The notes beneath the pieces were generated by a model, which was not told the DNA's origin, searched no databases, and saw only the letters and a program-made list of their open reading frames with translations. A stretch of 63,972 nt of DNA, filler included, from Licmophora abbreviata (Eukaryota), in the NCBI GenBank assembly GCA_900291995.1. It is 15 parts of 15 records of this genome, joined end to end, with 100 filler letters (N's around TTAATTAATTAA, not from the genome) between each part and the next. Parts side by side here need not be neighbours in the genome. Positions count along the whole stretch, not along the records: positions 1 to 3,280 come from OLMU01001011.1; positions 3,381 to 6,357 come from OLMU01001012.1; positions 6,458 to 13,027 come from OLMU01001013.1; 12 more parts are not named here. One strand, 5' to 3'. Of this stretch, positions 1 through 10,368 are shown piece by piece (within the stretch, counting starts at the first letter, position 1; each line of letters begins with the position of its first letter). Both the position numbers and the translations under genes were made by a program.

Positions 1-1028
1 TCCTCGGCCTGCTTCGACCAGCTTTCCGGCACCAGCATCGTCTTGGCCATCGGCGCGTTGCGCCCGGCACGCACCAGCACCTCGAACACCGAATCAAGCG
101 CCGCCGAATCCGACGATCCGCCCGGAATGATCGGCTTGATATCCTCGGCCATGTCGCCAAAGGCGCTGCTGGCCATGCGGATTTCATGGCTCTTCATCCA
201 GTTGACGTTGCCCTTGAGCGTGTTGATCTCGCCGTTATGGGCCAGCATCCGGAACGGCTGCGCCAGCCACCATTGCGGGAAGGTGTTCGTCGAATAACGC
301 TGGTGATAGATCGCGAACGCCGATTTGAAGCGCTCATCCTGCAGGTCGGGATAGAACTCCGCCACCTGTTCCGCCAGCATCATCCCCTTGTAAATGATGC
401 TCCGGCACGACAGCGAGGCGATATACATCTCGCCGATGCCTTCGGCACTGGCGGCTTTCTCGATCCGGCGGCGAATCACGTAAAGCTCGCGCTCGAATTC
501 CTCTTCTGCGATGCCCTTGGCGTTCGAGATCAGGATCTGTTCGATTTCGGGCCGCGTCGCATTGGCCTTTTCCCCAAGGCAGTTCACATCGACCGGCACG
601 TGCCGCCAGCCATAGATATGATGGCCCATGCGCAGCACTTCGGTTTCCACGATGGTCCGGCAGGTTTCCTGCGCGTTGAAATCGGTGCGCGGCAGGAACA
701 CCTGACCAACCGCCATCAGCTTGTCTTCGTGCGGCTCATGCCCGGTGCGGCGAATCTGGTCATAGAAGAACGGCACCGGGATCTGCACATGGATACCCGC
801 GCCATCGCCGGTCTTGCCATCCGCATCCACCGCACCGCGATGCCAGATCGCCTTGAGCGCGTCGATCCCGGCCTGCACGACCTTGCGGCTCGGCTTGCCG
901 TCAATCGACACCACCAGACCGACCCCGCAAGAGGAATGCTCCTCGTCGTGGCTGTACATGCCGTTCTCGGCTAGCCAGTTGCGCTTGGCCTCTTCTTCGG
1001 CCTTCCAGTTTTGATCCAGCTTCGTCAT
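1..1028 (-). CDS. gltB: glutamate synthase large subunit, 5' part (runs off the window)
   Basis: My translation from ATG 1028: MTKLDQNW...EEHSSCGVG (Ntn amidotransferase Cys), HRGAVDADGKTGDGAG, HQRYSTNT, HNGEINT; lies downstream of gltD. Confidence 0.95.
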   Translation of the reverse strand, partial: MTKLDQNWKAEEEAKRNWLAENGMYSHDEEHSSCGVGLVVSIDGKPSRKVVQAGIDALKAIWHRGAVDADGKTGDGAGIHVQIPVPFFYDQIRRTGHEPHEDKLMAVGQVFLPRTDFNAQETCRTIVETEVLRMGHHIYGWRHVPVDVNCLGEKANATRPEIEQILISNAKGIAEEEFERELYVIRRRIEKAASAEGIGEMYIASLSCRSIIYKGMMLAEQVAEFYPDLQDERFKSAFAIYHQRYSTNTFPQWWLAQPFRMLAHNGEINTLKGNVNWMKSHEIRMASSAFGDMAEDIKPIIPGGSSDSAALDSVFEVLVRAGRNAPMAKTMLVPESWSKQAE

Positions 1029-1172
1029 TTCCGTTAACCCTTCCTTCATCCGGTGGGTCAGGGCTGCTGCCCTGTATCCTGTCTTGTGGTGCTCCGGCGT
1101 GCCGTCACATCCACCGTCAAATCCGTTGTGTACACAAATCGGCGAAACGGGCCGTTCTTTGGTACGAAACCG

Positions 1173-1198
1173 GCGTAGGATTCGTACGAACCCTACGC
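1173..1198. repeat. 26-bp near-perfect intergenic palindrome (REP-like)
   Basis: GCGTAGGATTCGTACGAACCCTACGC, one mismatch, just past the gltD stop. Confidence 0.55.
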
Positions 1199-1203
1199 AT
1201 CTC

Positions 1204-2637
1204 TCACTCGGCCGCGACCGATTGCGCGGCGTTCAGATGATCCAGAATCGCCGCTGCGGAATCGCGCCCATCTCGGATCGCCCAAACCACCAGCGACGCA
1301 CCGCGCACGATGTCGCCCACCGCGAAAACACCCGGCATCGAGGTCTGTCCCGTGGTGAAATCCGCCTTGATGGTGCCCCAGCGCGTCACTGCCAATTCCT
1401 CTTGATTCCAAAGGGTTGGCAGCTCTTCCGGCTCAAAGCCCAGCGCCTTGATGACCAGATCTGCAGGCTCGTCATGCTCCGCACCCTCGATGGGTTCGGG
1501 GCTCTGGCGTCCCGTGGCATCCGGCTGGCCCAGCCGCATCTGCTGTACCTTCACCGCTGTAACGGGATCGCCCGCAAAGCCCTTGGGCGCGCTAAGCCAC
1601 AGAAACTCCACACCTTCTTCCTCGGCATTCTGCACTTCGCGCTGACTGCCCGGCATGTTTTCCCGGTCCCGCCGGTACAGGCACTTGACCGATGTGGCCC
1701 CTTGCCGGATCGCCGTGCGCACACAATCCATAGCGGTATCACCGCCACCGATCACAACAACTCGTTTGCCTTCGGCATTCAACTCGCCGCTTTCGATCTC
1801 CGGCACCTTGTCGCCAAAGCACAGCCGGTTGCTCGCCGTCAGATAATCCAGCGCCTTCACGATGCCCTTGGCACCGGACCCCGGCCCCTGAAGATCGCGG
1901 CTCTTGTAGACCCCCGTGGCGATCACTACAGCGTTGTGTTTGTTACGAATTTCCTCGAACTGGATGTCCTTGCCCACATCGCAGTTAAGCACGAACTCGG
2001 CCCCGCCCTGCTCCAGCTGCTCCATCCGGCGCATGACCACATCCTTCTCCAGCTTGAAGCCGGGGATCCCATAGGTCAGCAACCCGCCACCGCGGTCATA
2101 GCGATCATAGACAGTCACCTGCACCCCGGCCCTGCGCAGCACATCCGCCGCCGCCAGACCACCGGGGCCAGCGCCGATTATCCCAACGGAATCAGGACGT
2201 TCCTGCGCCGGCGCAATCGGCTCGACCCAGCCTTCTTCCCAAGCTGTATCGGTAATGTATTTCTCGACGGCGCCAATCGTCACCGTGCCATGCCCCGATT
2301 GTTCGATCACGCAATTGCCTTCGCACAACCGATCCTGCGGACAGATGCGTCCACAAATCTCGGGAAACGTGTTGGTCGCCTGACTGACCTGATACGCCTC
2401 CTGCAACCGCCCCTCCGCCGTAAGGCGCAGCCAGTCGGGAATGTTGTTGTGCAACGGACAATGGGTCTGACAATAGGGCACACCGCACTGACTGCACCGG
2501 CTGGCTTGCTCCTTGGCCTTCGCATCGGCGTATTCCGCGTAGATTTCATGAAAATCCTCACGGCGCACCTCGGCACCCCGCTTTTCGGGCATGTCACGTT
2601 CGACGGTCACGAATTTCAGCATCGGTTGCTTGGCCAC
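1204..2637 (-). CDS. gltD: glutamate synthase small subunit
   Basis: RCSQCGVPYCQTHCP and GRICPQDRLCEGNC Fe-S motifs; GAGPGG and GGGDTAMD dinucleotide-binding motifs. Confidence 0.96.
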   Translation of the reverse strand: MAKQPMLKFVTVERDMPEKRGAEVRREDFHEIYAEYADAKAKEQASRCSQCGVPYCQTHCPLHNNIPDWLRLTAEGRLQEAYQVSQATNTFPEICGRICPQDRLCEGNCVIEQSGHGTVTIGAVEKYITDTAWEEGWVEPIAPAQERPDSVGIIGAGPGGLAAADVLRRAGVQVTVYDRYDRGGGLLTYGIPGFKLEKDVVMRRMEQLEQGGAEFVLNCDVGKDIQFEEIRNKHNAVVIATGVYKSRDLQGPGSGAKGIVKALDYLTASNRLCFGDKVPEIESGELNAEGKRVVVIGGGDTAMDCVRTAIRQGATSVKCLYRRDRENMPGSQREVQNAEEEGVEFLWLSAPKGFAGDPVTAVKVQQMRLGQPDATGRQSPEPIEGAEHDEPADLVIKALGFEPEELPTLWNQEELAVTRWGTIKADFTTGQTSMPGVFAVGDIVRGASLVVWAIRDGRDSAAAILDHLNAAQSVAAE

Positions 2638-2855
2638 GTCAGAAACTCCGGTTTTTCTCGGTCGCGCATGTCTAATCCAAGCCGAGACAAAATAAAAGTC
2701 ATAACACGTTACCTATTATCAAATAATTCTTAACCCCAAGTGCTGCGCCGCGGCAATTTATCGGAATTTTATTTCCGATTCGGACCTAAATGCTCGCTTT
2801 TCTCTGAATCTCAATGGTTTATAGGTTGTGCCAATTGACTCACGGGAATTGGCCG

Positions 2856-3732
2856 ATGCCATTACTCCATCTGTTTCTTGTCGCCGTGATCCAGGGCCTG
2901 ACCGAGTTTCTGCCGGTTTCGTCCTCTGCTCATCTGATTCTGTTGCCGAACCTCGCCGGGCTCGAGGATCAGGGACAAACCATCGATGTGGCCGTTCATG
3001 TGGGCACGCTGGTCGCCGTGATGATGTATTTCTGGGCCGATATCCGCGGTGCCATCCTTGGCGTGCCTCGGCTAATCACCGGCAAAACCGATACCGAAGG
3101 CGCGCGGCTTGCGCTGCTTCTGGTCGTCGCCTCTGTCCCGGTCGTCGCCTTCGGGTTGGTGCTTCACATGACGGGACTGGACGCCGAGATGCGCTCGATC
3201 ACGGTGATCGGCTGGGCGATGCTGCTGTTCGGCCTGCTGCTTTACTGGGCCGATCAGGCCGGTGCGACACACAAGACTGANNNNNNNNNNNNNNNNNNNN
3301 NNNNNNNNNNNNNNNNNNNNNNNNTTAATTAATTAANNNNNNNNNNNNNNNNNNNNNNNNNNNNNNNNNNNNNNNNNNNNGGTGATGGGCGTCTGGCAGG
3401 CGGTCGCCCTGATACCTGGCACATCGCGCGCGGGCATCACCATCACCGGCGCGCGCTTCATGGGATATAACCGCCGCGACTCGGCCAAGCTGGCGATGCT
3501 GATGTCGATCCCGACGATCGCGGCCAGCGGGGCTCTTCTAGGCTTCGAATCGCTGCTGAAGGCCGATACCGCGATCCTGAGAGATGCCCTCATCGCGGCA
3601 GCACTTGCCTGCGTCGCGGCCCTTCTGGCGCTCAGCCTGATGATGCGGCTTTTGCGCAGCGTCAGCTACACGCCTTATGTGATCTACCGCATCGTTCTGG
3701 GCATTGTTCTACTGGTCATCGCCTATACTTGA
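2856..3732 (+). CDS. uppP: undecaprenyl-diphosphate phosphatase (split by assembly gap)
   Basis: QGLTEFLPVSSSAH before the gap and PGTSRAG after it. Confidence 0.93.
3281..3380. other. artificial scaffold gap; the same spacer occurs at 6358, 13028, 18309, 19758, 22985, 30333, 33227, 49441, 53381, 57203, 58747, 60961 and 62296
   Basis: Identical 100-bp N44-TTAATTAATTAA-N44 spacer with stops in all six frames. Confidence 0.99.
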
Positions 3733-3756
3733 CCAACAGAACACAGGCTGTCCGGC

Positions 3757-4740
3757 TCAATGCGGGCGCAGGTTCTTTGCGGATTCCTTGATCGCGTCAT
3801 ACTGTCCGCCGGGCCGGAACCGCCACAGGTAGTCGGGCAGAACAGCTTCGGTCGCGGTGGGCTTGATCCCCAGATCGGCAAAGCCGCGCGCGCCCTCGGA
3901 CACCACGTTATCGACCCGAAGACTGCGCACCTGATCGCGGGTGATCTGCGGCGGCACAAGACCAAGGCTCAGCGTTTCGCCGACCTCCATCGCGCCGGCC
4001 ATGATCGCGGCCATGCGGAACGGAATGTTCACGATCAACCGCCGGCGGCGGATCACCCCAAGCATCTCTTCCATCAACGCGCGGAACGTGTTCACATCCG
4101 GGCCGCCAAGCTCGTAAATTCCCGGGCTGGCCTTGCCTTCAACGGCCATCGCCGCCGCATGAGCCACATCATCCACATAGACGGGCTGAAATCTGGTCTC
4201 GGCCCCGACAACCGGAAGAACCGGGCTGAAGCGGCTCATGCCCGCGAACCGGTTGAAGAACGCATCCTCAGGCCCGAAAATCACCGAAGGTCGCAGAATC
4301 ACGGCATCGGGCATCGCCTGCAGGATCGCCCGCTCGCCCTTGGCCTTGGTCTGGGCATAAACACTGGCAGACTCAGGGTCGGCGCCAATGGCCGAAATAT
4401 GCACCATCCGCGCAACACCCTCTTCGGCAGCGATCCGCGCGATGCGCGCCGCGCCCTGATGCTGGACCGCATCGAAGTTGTTGCGACCCTTGCGATCGAA
4501 GGTGCCGACGCAATTCACCACGGCATCTGCGCCATTCATCACAGCGCGCACGCTGGCATCGTCACGGATATTGCAGAAAACCGGCTCCACCTGCCCGACC
4601 ACGCCATAAGGTTTGACATGCATGGCCTCGTTCGGACGCCGCACCGCAACGCGAACCCGCCAGCCCGCCTTGGCCAGACGCCGCGCGATATAGCGGCCAA
4701 CGAATCCCGATCCGCCATAGATCGTCACGAGTTTCGACAT
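3757..4740 (-). CDS. complex I NDUFA9-like NAD(P)-dependent SDR oxidoreductase
   Basis: [41 protein letters not shown]. Confidence 0.88.
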   Translation of the reverse strand: MSKLVTIYGGSGFVGRYIARRLAKAGWRVRVAVRRPNEAMHVKPYGVVGQVEPVFCNIRDDASVRAVMNGADAVVNCVGTFDRKGRNNFDAVQHQGAARIARIAAEEGVARMVHISAIGADPESASVYAQTKAKGERAILQAMPDAVILRPSVIFGPEDAFFNRFAGMSRFSPVLPVVGAETRFQPVYVDDVAHAAAMAVEGKASPGIYELGGPDVNTFRALMEEMLGVIRRRRLIVNIPFRMAAIMAGAMEVGETLSLGLVPPQITRDQVRSLRVDNVVSEGARGFADLGIKPTATEAVLPDYLWRFRPGGQYDAIKESAKNLRPH

Positions 4741-4837
4741 CTGAGGAACTCCCGCTTGAATTTCCCATCTTCCTAAAGGTCTGCAGTGTTTTGAACAAGG
4801 GCATATGGGGATTGCCATCGTTCCATGAAAATCGCCG

Positions 4838-4866
4838 TTGACACGCGATGGTCACGGGTCTAAACG
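4838..4866 (+). promoter_or_regulatory. putative sigma70 promoter of tRNA-Leu
   Basis: TTGACA-N17-TAAACG ending 17 bp before the tRNA. Confidence 0.55.
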
Positions 4867-4883
4867 GCGGCCTCACGACACCT

Positions 4884-4969
4884 GCCCAGGTGGCGGAATG
4901 GTAGACGCGCTAGCTTCAGGTGCTAGTGTCCGTATGGACGTGGAGGTTCGAGTCCTCTCCTGGGCACCA
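4884..4969 (+). tRNA. tRNA-Leu(CAG)
   Basis: GCCCAGG/CCTGGGC acceptor stem plus ACCA; anticodon arm CTAGC-TTCAGGT-GCTAG; long variable arm; GGTTCGAGTCC T-arm. Confidence 0.96.
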
Positions 4970-4992
4970 TTCCCTCCACGAAGGGAATGAAC

Positions 4993-5604
4993 ATGGCAAA
5001 TTATCTCTACAAGAACGATCTTCCTGATGGCCTTGACCTGGGCCCTGTTGTCGCCATCGATTGCGAAACGATGGGCCTCAATCCACATCGCGACAGGCTG
5101 TGCGTCGTGCAGATGTCGGGCGGAGACGGCAACGCGCATCTGGTCCAGATCGACAAGGGTCAGACCGCAGCGCCCAATCTGGCGGCCCTGCTGGAAAACC
5201 CCGATATCCTCAAACTGTTCCATTTCGGCCGGTTCGATATTGCCGCGATGTTCAACGCCTTCGGTGCGCTGGCCGCACCGGTGTATTGCACCAAAATCGC
5301 AAGCAAGCTGGTGCGCACCTACACCGATCGCCACGGGCTGAAGAACCTGATGCAGGAACTGCTCGACAAGGATATCTCAAAGCAGCAGCAATCGTCGGAC
5401 TGGGGCGCACCGAAATTGACCGAAGCACAGTTGGACTATGCCGCGTCAGATGTTCTCTACCTGCATCAACTGCGCGACGAACTGAACAGGATGCTGGCCC
5501 GCGAAGGTCGTGTCGAAATGGCCCAAGCCTGTTTCGATTTCCTGCCGACCCGGGCCAAGCTCGATTTGGCAGGTTGGCCCGAAATCGACATCTTCGCGCA
5601 CTAG
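4993..5604 (+). CDS. rnd: ribonuclease D family 3'-5' exonuclease
   Basis: AIDCETMG, HFGRFD, YAASDV DEDDy motifs. Confidence 0.9.
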   Translation: MANYLYKNDLPDGLDLGPVVAIDCETMGLNPHRDRLCVVQMSGGDGNAHLVQIDKGQTAAPNLAALLENPDILKLFHFGRFDIAAMFNAFGALAAPVYCTKIASKLVRTYTDRHGLKNLMQELLDKDISKQQQSSDWGAPKLTEAQLDYAASDVLYLHQLRDELNRMLAREGRVEMAQACFDFLPTRAKLDLAGWPEIDIFAH

Positions 5605-5607
5605 AGC

Positions 5608-6222
5608 ATGGCGCGGCAGGGGAACCTCCATTCGCGGTTGGTGGCATGGCTGAAGATCATCCTGCCCCTCGCGGCTTTGGGGCTGCTGTCGACCCTGTTT
5701 CTCCTGTCGCGCTCGATCGACACGAACAATGCGATCCCGTTCAGCAATATCGACATCGAAAAGCGCGCCCGCGAACAGGGCGCCAGCAACCCGGCATTTG
5801 CCGGCGTCACCGATAGCGGCGATCAGGTCATCGTGAATGCCCGGATCGCATGGCCGGATCTGTCCAATCCCGAACGCATCCTGGCCGAAGCTGTGGATGC
5901 GCAGCTGTTGCTGACCACTGGCGAGGTGATCGACATCACATCTGATTCCGCCGAGGTGCTCCAGCAGGATTACATCGCCACCTTGATCGGCAATGTCGTG
6001 GTGACGACCAGCACGGGCTATCGCATGACCACCGAAACGCTCGAATCCCGGTTTGACACACTGCATGCCGAGTCGCTGGCGCCGGTCTCGGGCACAGGCC
6101 CACCCGGCAAACTCGACGCCGCGCGCATGCTGCTCACCTCGGACCCTGACACAGGCGATGCACATTTGCTTTTCACTGGCGGGGTCAAACTGCTATACCA
6201 GCCACAGAATTCTGGAGAATAG
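5608..6222 (+). CDS. lptC: LPS export periplasmic protein LptC
   Basis: Single N-terminal TM (LKIILPLAALGLLSTLFLLSR), beta-rich body, directly upstream of lptAB. Confidence 0.8.
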   Translation: MARQGNLHSRLVAWLKIILPLAALGLLSTLFLLSRSIDTNNAIPFSNIDIEKRAREQGASNPAFAGVTDSGDQVIVNARIAWPDLSNPERILAEAVDAQLLLTTGEVIDITSDSAEVLQQDYIATLIGNVVVTTSTGYRMTTETLESRFDTLHAESLAPVSGTGPPGKLDAARMLLTSDPDTGDAHLLFTGGVKLLYQPQNSGE

Positions 6223-6227
6223 CACTC

Positions 6228-6831
6228 TTGGTCCGTCTTTCGTGTCTCGTTTTTTCGGCGTTGCTGGCCGGAATGTCCACTGTCGGCCATGCGCAATCCG
6301 CACAGGTCGCGTTTGGCGACAGCCAGCAGGACAGCACCCTGCCGGTCGAGGTCGTGTNNNNNNNNNNNNNNNNNNNNNNNNNNNNNNNNNNNNNNNNNNN
6401 NTTAATTAATTAANNNNNNNNNNNNNNNNNNNNNNNNNNNNNNNNNNNNNNNNNNNNTGTCCGAAGTGCTCAACGTCAACGGGAATAACGGAACCGCGAT
6501 TTTCACCGGCAATGTCATCGTCGGTCAGGGTGAGATGCGCCTCTGGGCGCCGCGGGTAGAAGTCATCTACAAGCAGGATCAAAGCGGGATCGAAAGCCTA
6601 CATGCCACCGGCGGCGTCACCCCTGTGAGCGGCGAGGATGCCGCCGAGGCGCGCGAAGCCGATTACAACATCGACACCGGCATGATCGAGATGGAAGGTG
6701 AGGTTCTGTTGGTCCAAGGCCCGCAAACCCTGACCTCGGACAAGATGGTGGTCGACACCCGCGCAGGCACCGCCCAGATGACGGGCCGGGTCAAGACAGT
6801 GCTGCAGCCACAACAGCAGCAGCAGGACTGA
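6228..6831 (+). CDS. lptA: LptA/OstA family protein (split by gap)
   Basis: Signal peptide, PVEV..., AIFTGNVIVGQGEMRL, GRVKTVL. Confidence 0.88.
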
Positions 6832-6834
6832 CGC

Positions 6835-7593
6835 TTGCCGAAACCCGACCTTCATATCGCACATGAGAGCACGGGCCTCGAGGTTCGCAACCTTCGCAAA
6901 AGCTACAAACGACGCATGGTGATCCGCGACGTGTCCATGTCCCTCCGTCAGGGCGAGGTCGTGGCGCTGCTCGGTCCGAACGGGTCGGGAAAAACCACCA
7001 CCTTCTACGCCATTGCGGGTCTTGTTCAGCCCGAAGGCGGCCACGTTCTGATCGACGGGCAGGAGGTGACGAACCTGCCGATGTATCGCCGCGCCAAGCT
7101 GGGTATCGGCTATTTGCCGCAGGAAATGTCGATTTTCCGGGGGCTGTCGGTCGAAGACAACATCCTGGCCATTCTCGACATCTCGGAGGCGGATCGCCAC
7201 AAGCGGCGCGAACGGCTCGAGGAACTTCTGTCGGAATTCTCGATCGAACATTTGCGCCGCGCACCGGCGCTGGCCCTGTCGGGCGGTGAACGGCGCCGGG
7301 TCGAAATCGCGCGCTGCCTTGCCGCGCATCCGAAATATCTGCTGCTCGATGAACCCTTCGCCGGGGTCGATCCGATCTCGGTCGGTGACATCCGGCATCT
7401 TGTGGCCGATCTCAAGAAACGCGGCATCGGTGTGCTGATCACGGACCACAATGTACGCGAAACACTGGAAATCGTGGACCGCGCCTATATCCTGCATGAC
7501 GGCAAGGTTCTGATGTCCGGAACCCCTGCAGAAGTCGTCGAGAACGAGAACGTGCGCCGCGTCTATCTCGGGGACAATTTCCGCATTTCCTGA
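6835..7593 (+). CDS. lptB: LPS export ABC ATPase
   Basis: [36 protein letters not shown]. Confidence 0.96.
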   Translation: MPKPDLHIAHESTGLEVRNLRKSYKRRMVIRDVSMSLRQGEVVALLGPNGSGKTTTFYAIAGLVQPEGGHVLIDGQEVTNLPMYRRAKLGIGYLPQEMSIFRGLSVEDNILAILDISEADRHKRRERLEELLSEFSIEHLRRAPALALSGGERRRVEIARCLAAHPKYLLLDEPFAGVDPISVGDIRHLVADLKKRGIGVLITDHNVRETLEIVDRAYILHDGKVLMSGTPAEVVENENVRRVYLGDNFRIS

Positions 7594-7839
7594 TGTCCCG
7601 GCAGCGACCCGCAGATCGGCCCGGGCCTCTCTAATCTCCATTGACAAGTGCCGGCAAAAGCGCCTCAATCAAGGAATGACATCTTGGTTTTTTGCGCCTT
7701 TCCCCTGTCGTTTCCCGCTTCAGCGGGACGGCATCGGACAAGCCAGAGGGATGTCTGTTTCCCGCATCCGGACGTGACAGGCATCGGCGCCCAAGGGCGC
7801 AAGATGGGGTCTCTCGGATTGTCAAATGAAGGAGCTAAG

Positions 7840-8403
7840 ATGCGCTATCAAATCAGTGGCAAACAAATCGACGTGGGTGAAGCGCTGCAGACACACGTCA
7901 AAACCGAACTCGGCGAAGCCGTGGCAAAATACGCCGAACGCCCGACCGATGCGCATGTGATATTTTCCAAGAACGCCAGCGAATACGCCTGCGAAACCAT
8001 TGTCCACCTCTCGACCGGCCTGACCGCGCAGGCCAAGGCCAATGCGCATGAAATCTACAGCGCATTCGATCAATGCTGCGCCAAGATGGAAAAACAACTT
8101 CGCCGGTACAAGCGCCGCCTCAAGGACCACCACAGGGATCGTCCGCAACCGGTTGAACTTTCCGGCGCGTCCTCTTATATCCTCGCCTCGGAGCGGGAAG
8201 ATGTGGATTCGGAGCCAGACAGCCTCCAGCCGATCATCGTCGCCGAGATGGAGACACAGATACCGTCCCTGTCCGTCGGTGAAGCGGTGATGCAAATGGA
8301 GCTGGCGGGCGCACCGGTCCTCGTTTTCCGCAATGAGGGAAGCAAGGGATTGAATGTCGTGTATCGCCGCGAAGACGGCAACATCGGCTGGATCGACCCT
8401 TAA
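7840..8403 (+). CDS. hpf: ribosome hibernation promoting factor (long HPF/RaiA)
   Basis: MRYQISGKQIDVGEAL, KQLRRYKRRLKDHH, VVYRREDGNIGWIDP. Confidence 0.93.
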   Translation: MRYQISGKQIDVGEALQTHVKTELGEAVAKYAERPTDAHVIFSKNASEYACETIVHLSTGLTAQAKANAHEIYSAFDQCCAKMEKQLRRYKRRLKDHHRDRPQPVELSGASSYILASEREDVDSEPDSLQPIIVAEMETQIPSLSVGEAVMQMELAGAPVLVFRNEGSKGLNVVYRREDGNIGWIDP

Positions 8404-8453
8404 GAGACACGAGCATCGGGACGGTACAATCTAACCCGAATGAGAGCCGATAG

Positions 8454-8918
8454 ATGGATATTCAAATGATCCTCAAGCCCGAGGCGGTCCGCGTTCTGTC
8501 TGCGGTGTCCAGCAAGAAACGCCTCCTGCACGAGCTGGGCGGCATTGCGGAATCCGTATACAATCTCAATCAGTCATTGGTGGTTGAGGCGTTGCAGGAA
8601 CGCGAAAGCCTGGGGCCGACAGGCGTGGGGAACGGCGTTGCCCTACCCCATGCCCGTCTCGATGATCTTGACGAGGTTGTGGGCGCGCTGGTGATGCTGG
8701 AAAAGCCGGTTGATTTCGACTCCGTCGATCGTCAGCCGGTCGATCTGGCCTTTGCCCTGTTCGCACCTCGCGATGCCGGGGTCGAGCATCTCAAGGCGCT
8801 CGCTCTGGTGTCCCGCACCCTGCGCGATCCGTCGGTCTGTGCCAAGCTGCGCGCCAACATGGACCCGTCCACGCTCTATACCATCGTGACCGAGGCCCAA
8901 TCGGCACAGGCGGCCTGA
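8454..8918 (+). CDS. ptsN: PTS IIA-Ntr
   Basis: RESLGPTGVGNGVALPHAR, HLKALA. Confidence 0.92.
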   Translation: MDIQMILKPEAVRVLSAVSSKKRLLHELGGIAESVYNLNQSLVVEALQERESLGPTGVGNGVALPHARLDDLDEVVGALVMLEKPVDFDSVDRQPVDLAFALFAPRDAGVEHLKALALVSRTLRDPSVCAKLRANMDPSTLYTIVTEAQSAQAA

Positions 8919-8928
8919 CGCGCTCGGA

Positions 8929-10362
8929 TTACGAGGCGCTCCACGCCTCGAAGCCGAACATCACGTAATCCCGCTGGTAGATATCACTCACCAGCGCCTC
9001 GATTTCGTCGTCATAGATATCCGCCAAGGCAATCGGGCTGTCGGCCGGCGCTTCTGGCGGCCGCTTGGCCGCCGCATATCCAATCTCTCCCGCCAGCATG
9101 GCCAGGTGCTTTGCCATGTCAGCCTCCCGGATCACCATATCCGGTATCCCGAACTGGGCCATGCCCTGCAGAATCGCCACCTGTGACGCCCAATGCGCGT
9201 CGATCCGGATATTCGTCTGGCCCGACAGATTGGCTCGCAGGAAATTCAGAAACCCGACGAATGCCTCTCGATGGGCGCGACGATCATAGGACTCGTCAGG
9301 CCCGCCGCCGGGAATGGGAACCTTGTAGAAATTGCGCAGCGTCTTGCGGATATCCGCAAAAGCCCCCGGCCCGGTCGACAATATTCTTTTGCAAAACGCG
9401 TCATGCGCCCGGGCCACCGGATGGCGCAGCACGGTAAAGCTGCGATGCCCGGCATTGCGCCGCTTCCACTGACGCAGGGCTTTCTGGTTCAGATGCGTGG
9501 GCAGCGTATCAGGGGCGACATCATCCAATGCCGCCATCCAGGCACAGACCTCATCCTCAGGTCCCGAGCGCACCGGCATGTATAGCAAAGGCGCATGCGC
9601 AGCCGTCACATAGCCCGGCACCGCCGCGCCGCGCCGCGGTTCGAAATTCGGCGTGCGCGACAGGTTGAACAGATCCTGCCCCGACAAAGCCCGTTCCATC
9701 TCGTCGAAATTCGAGACCTTGCTCTCCAACGCGCCGGGGTTCTGTTTCTTCAAGGACTCGTCAAGCGCCTCGAGCCGTTCTTCACTGCCAAGAAATCGGG
9801 CCAGACCATTGAGCACGTCAAGGCTTTGAAGGTCCTCATACGCAAGATAGAACGCCGTCTGCCCAGTCACCTGAAGCCGGTTCAGCAAGAACACCTGGAA
9901 CGACTGAAGATGGGCCACATGCTTGTCGAACTCGGCCACATCGAAGCGCACCTTGCTGTCGCGGCGGCGTTTGACGTTGGTCAGTTTCCACTGCCCCGTG
10001 GCCTGCGCGATCTTCCATGACACATAACTGTCCACCGGGTTCCGGGTCAGCACGATCTTGGCACAACGCGGATCATTCAGGCTGATATCCAGAACGCGCC
10101 TGTCGTGATCGTGAAAGAACCGAAACCCGCCAAGACCTTTGGAGTCCGTCTTGATCGTCTCGATCAGGCGCATGGGATCGGCATCGCGCATGGCCTGCGT
10201 GACGCCCAGTATCTCGGTCCGGTTGGGATACCCGATGAAATGCGGATTGAACGCCTCTCCGTGGCACTCGAACGCATCGAACGCATTCAGATTCGTCTCG
10301 AGAAAATTCGAGCCGGTGCGCATTTCCGCGAACACCACGAAGTAATCAAAAGGGCCGGTCAT
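8929..10362 (-). CDS. NodH/Stf0-like sulfotransferase with two sulfotransferase-like halves
   Basis: MRTGSNFL and LTRNPVDSYVS in the N-half; FTVLRHPVAR and DAHWASQ in the C-half. Confidence 0.75.
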   Translation of the reverse strand: MTGPFDYFVVFAEMRTGSNFLETNLNAFDAFECHGEAFNPHFIGYPNRTEILGVTQAMRDADPMRLIETIKTDSKGLGGFRFFHDHDRRVLDISLNDPRCAKIVLTRNPVDSYVSWKIAQATGQWKLTNVKRRRDSKVRFDVAEFDKHVAHLQSFQVFLLNRLQVTGQTAFYLAYEDLQSLDVLNGLARFLGSEERLEALDESLKKQNPGALESKVSNFDEMERALSGQDLFNLSRTPNFEPRRGAAVPGYVTAAHAPLLYMPVRSGPEDEVCAWMAALDDVAPDTLPTHLNQKALRQWKRRNAGHRSFTVLRHPVARAHDAFCKRILSTGPGAFADIRKTLRNFYKVPIPGGGPDESYDRRAHREAFVGFLNFLRANLSGQTNIRIDAHWASQVAILQGMAQFGIPDMVIREADMAKHLAMLAGEIGYAAAKRPPEAPADSPIALADIYDDEIEALVSDIYQRDYVMFGFEAWSAS

Positions 10363-10368
10363 GCGGGA

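Noticed and set aside
2719..2734. One-mismatch CtrA-like boxes upstream of gltD and of galU (14429-14443)
   Set aside because: AT-rich promoter DNA gives such matches by chance, and there is no supporting context.
3325..3336. TTAATTAATTAA repeated 14 times, resembling a CtrA site or repeat
   Set aside because: It always sits in the centre of an N-run; it is an artificial six-frame stop linker.
4884..4990. tRNA-Leu as an integration site
   Set aside because: No integrase and no duplicated tRNA 3' end; rnd follows immediately.
6805..6825. CAG-rich poly-Gln tail of lptA
   Set aside because: Short, in frame and low complexity; no evidence of a switch.
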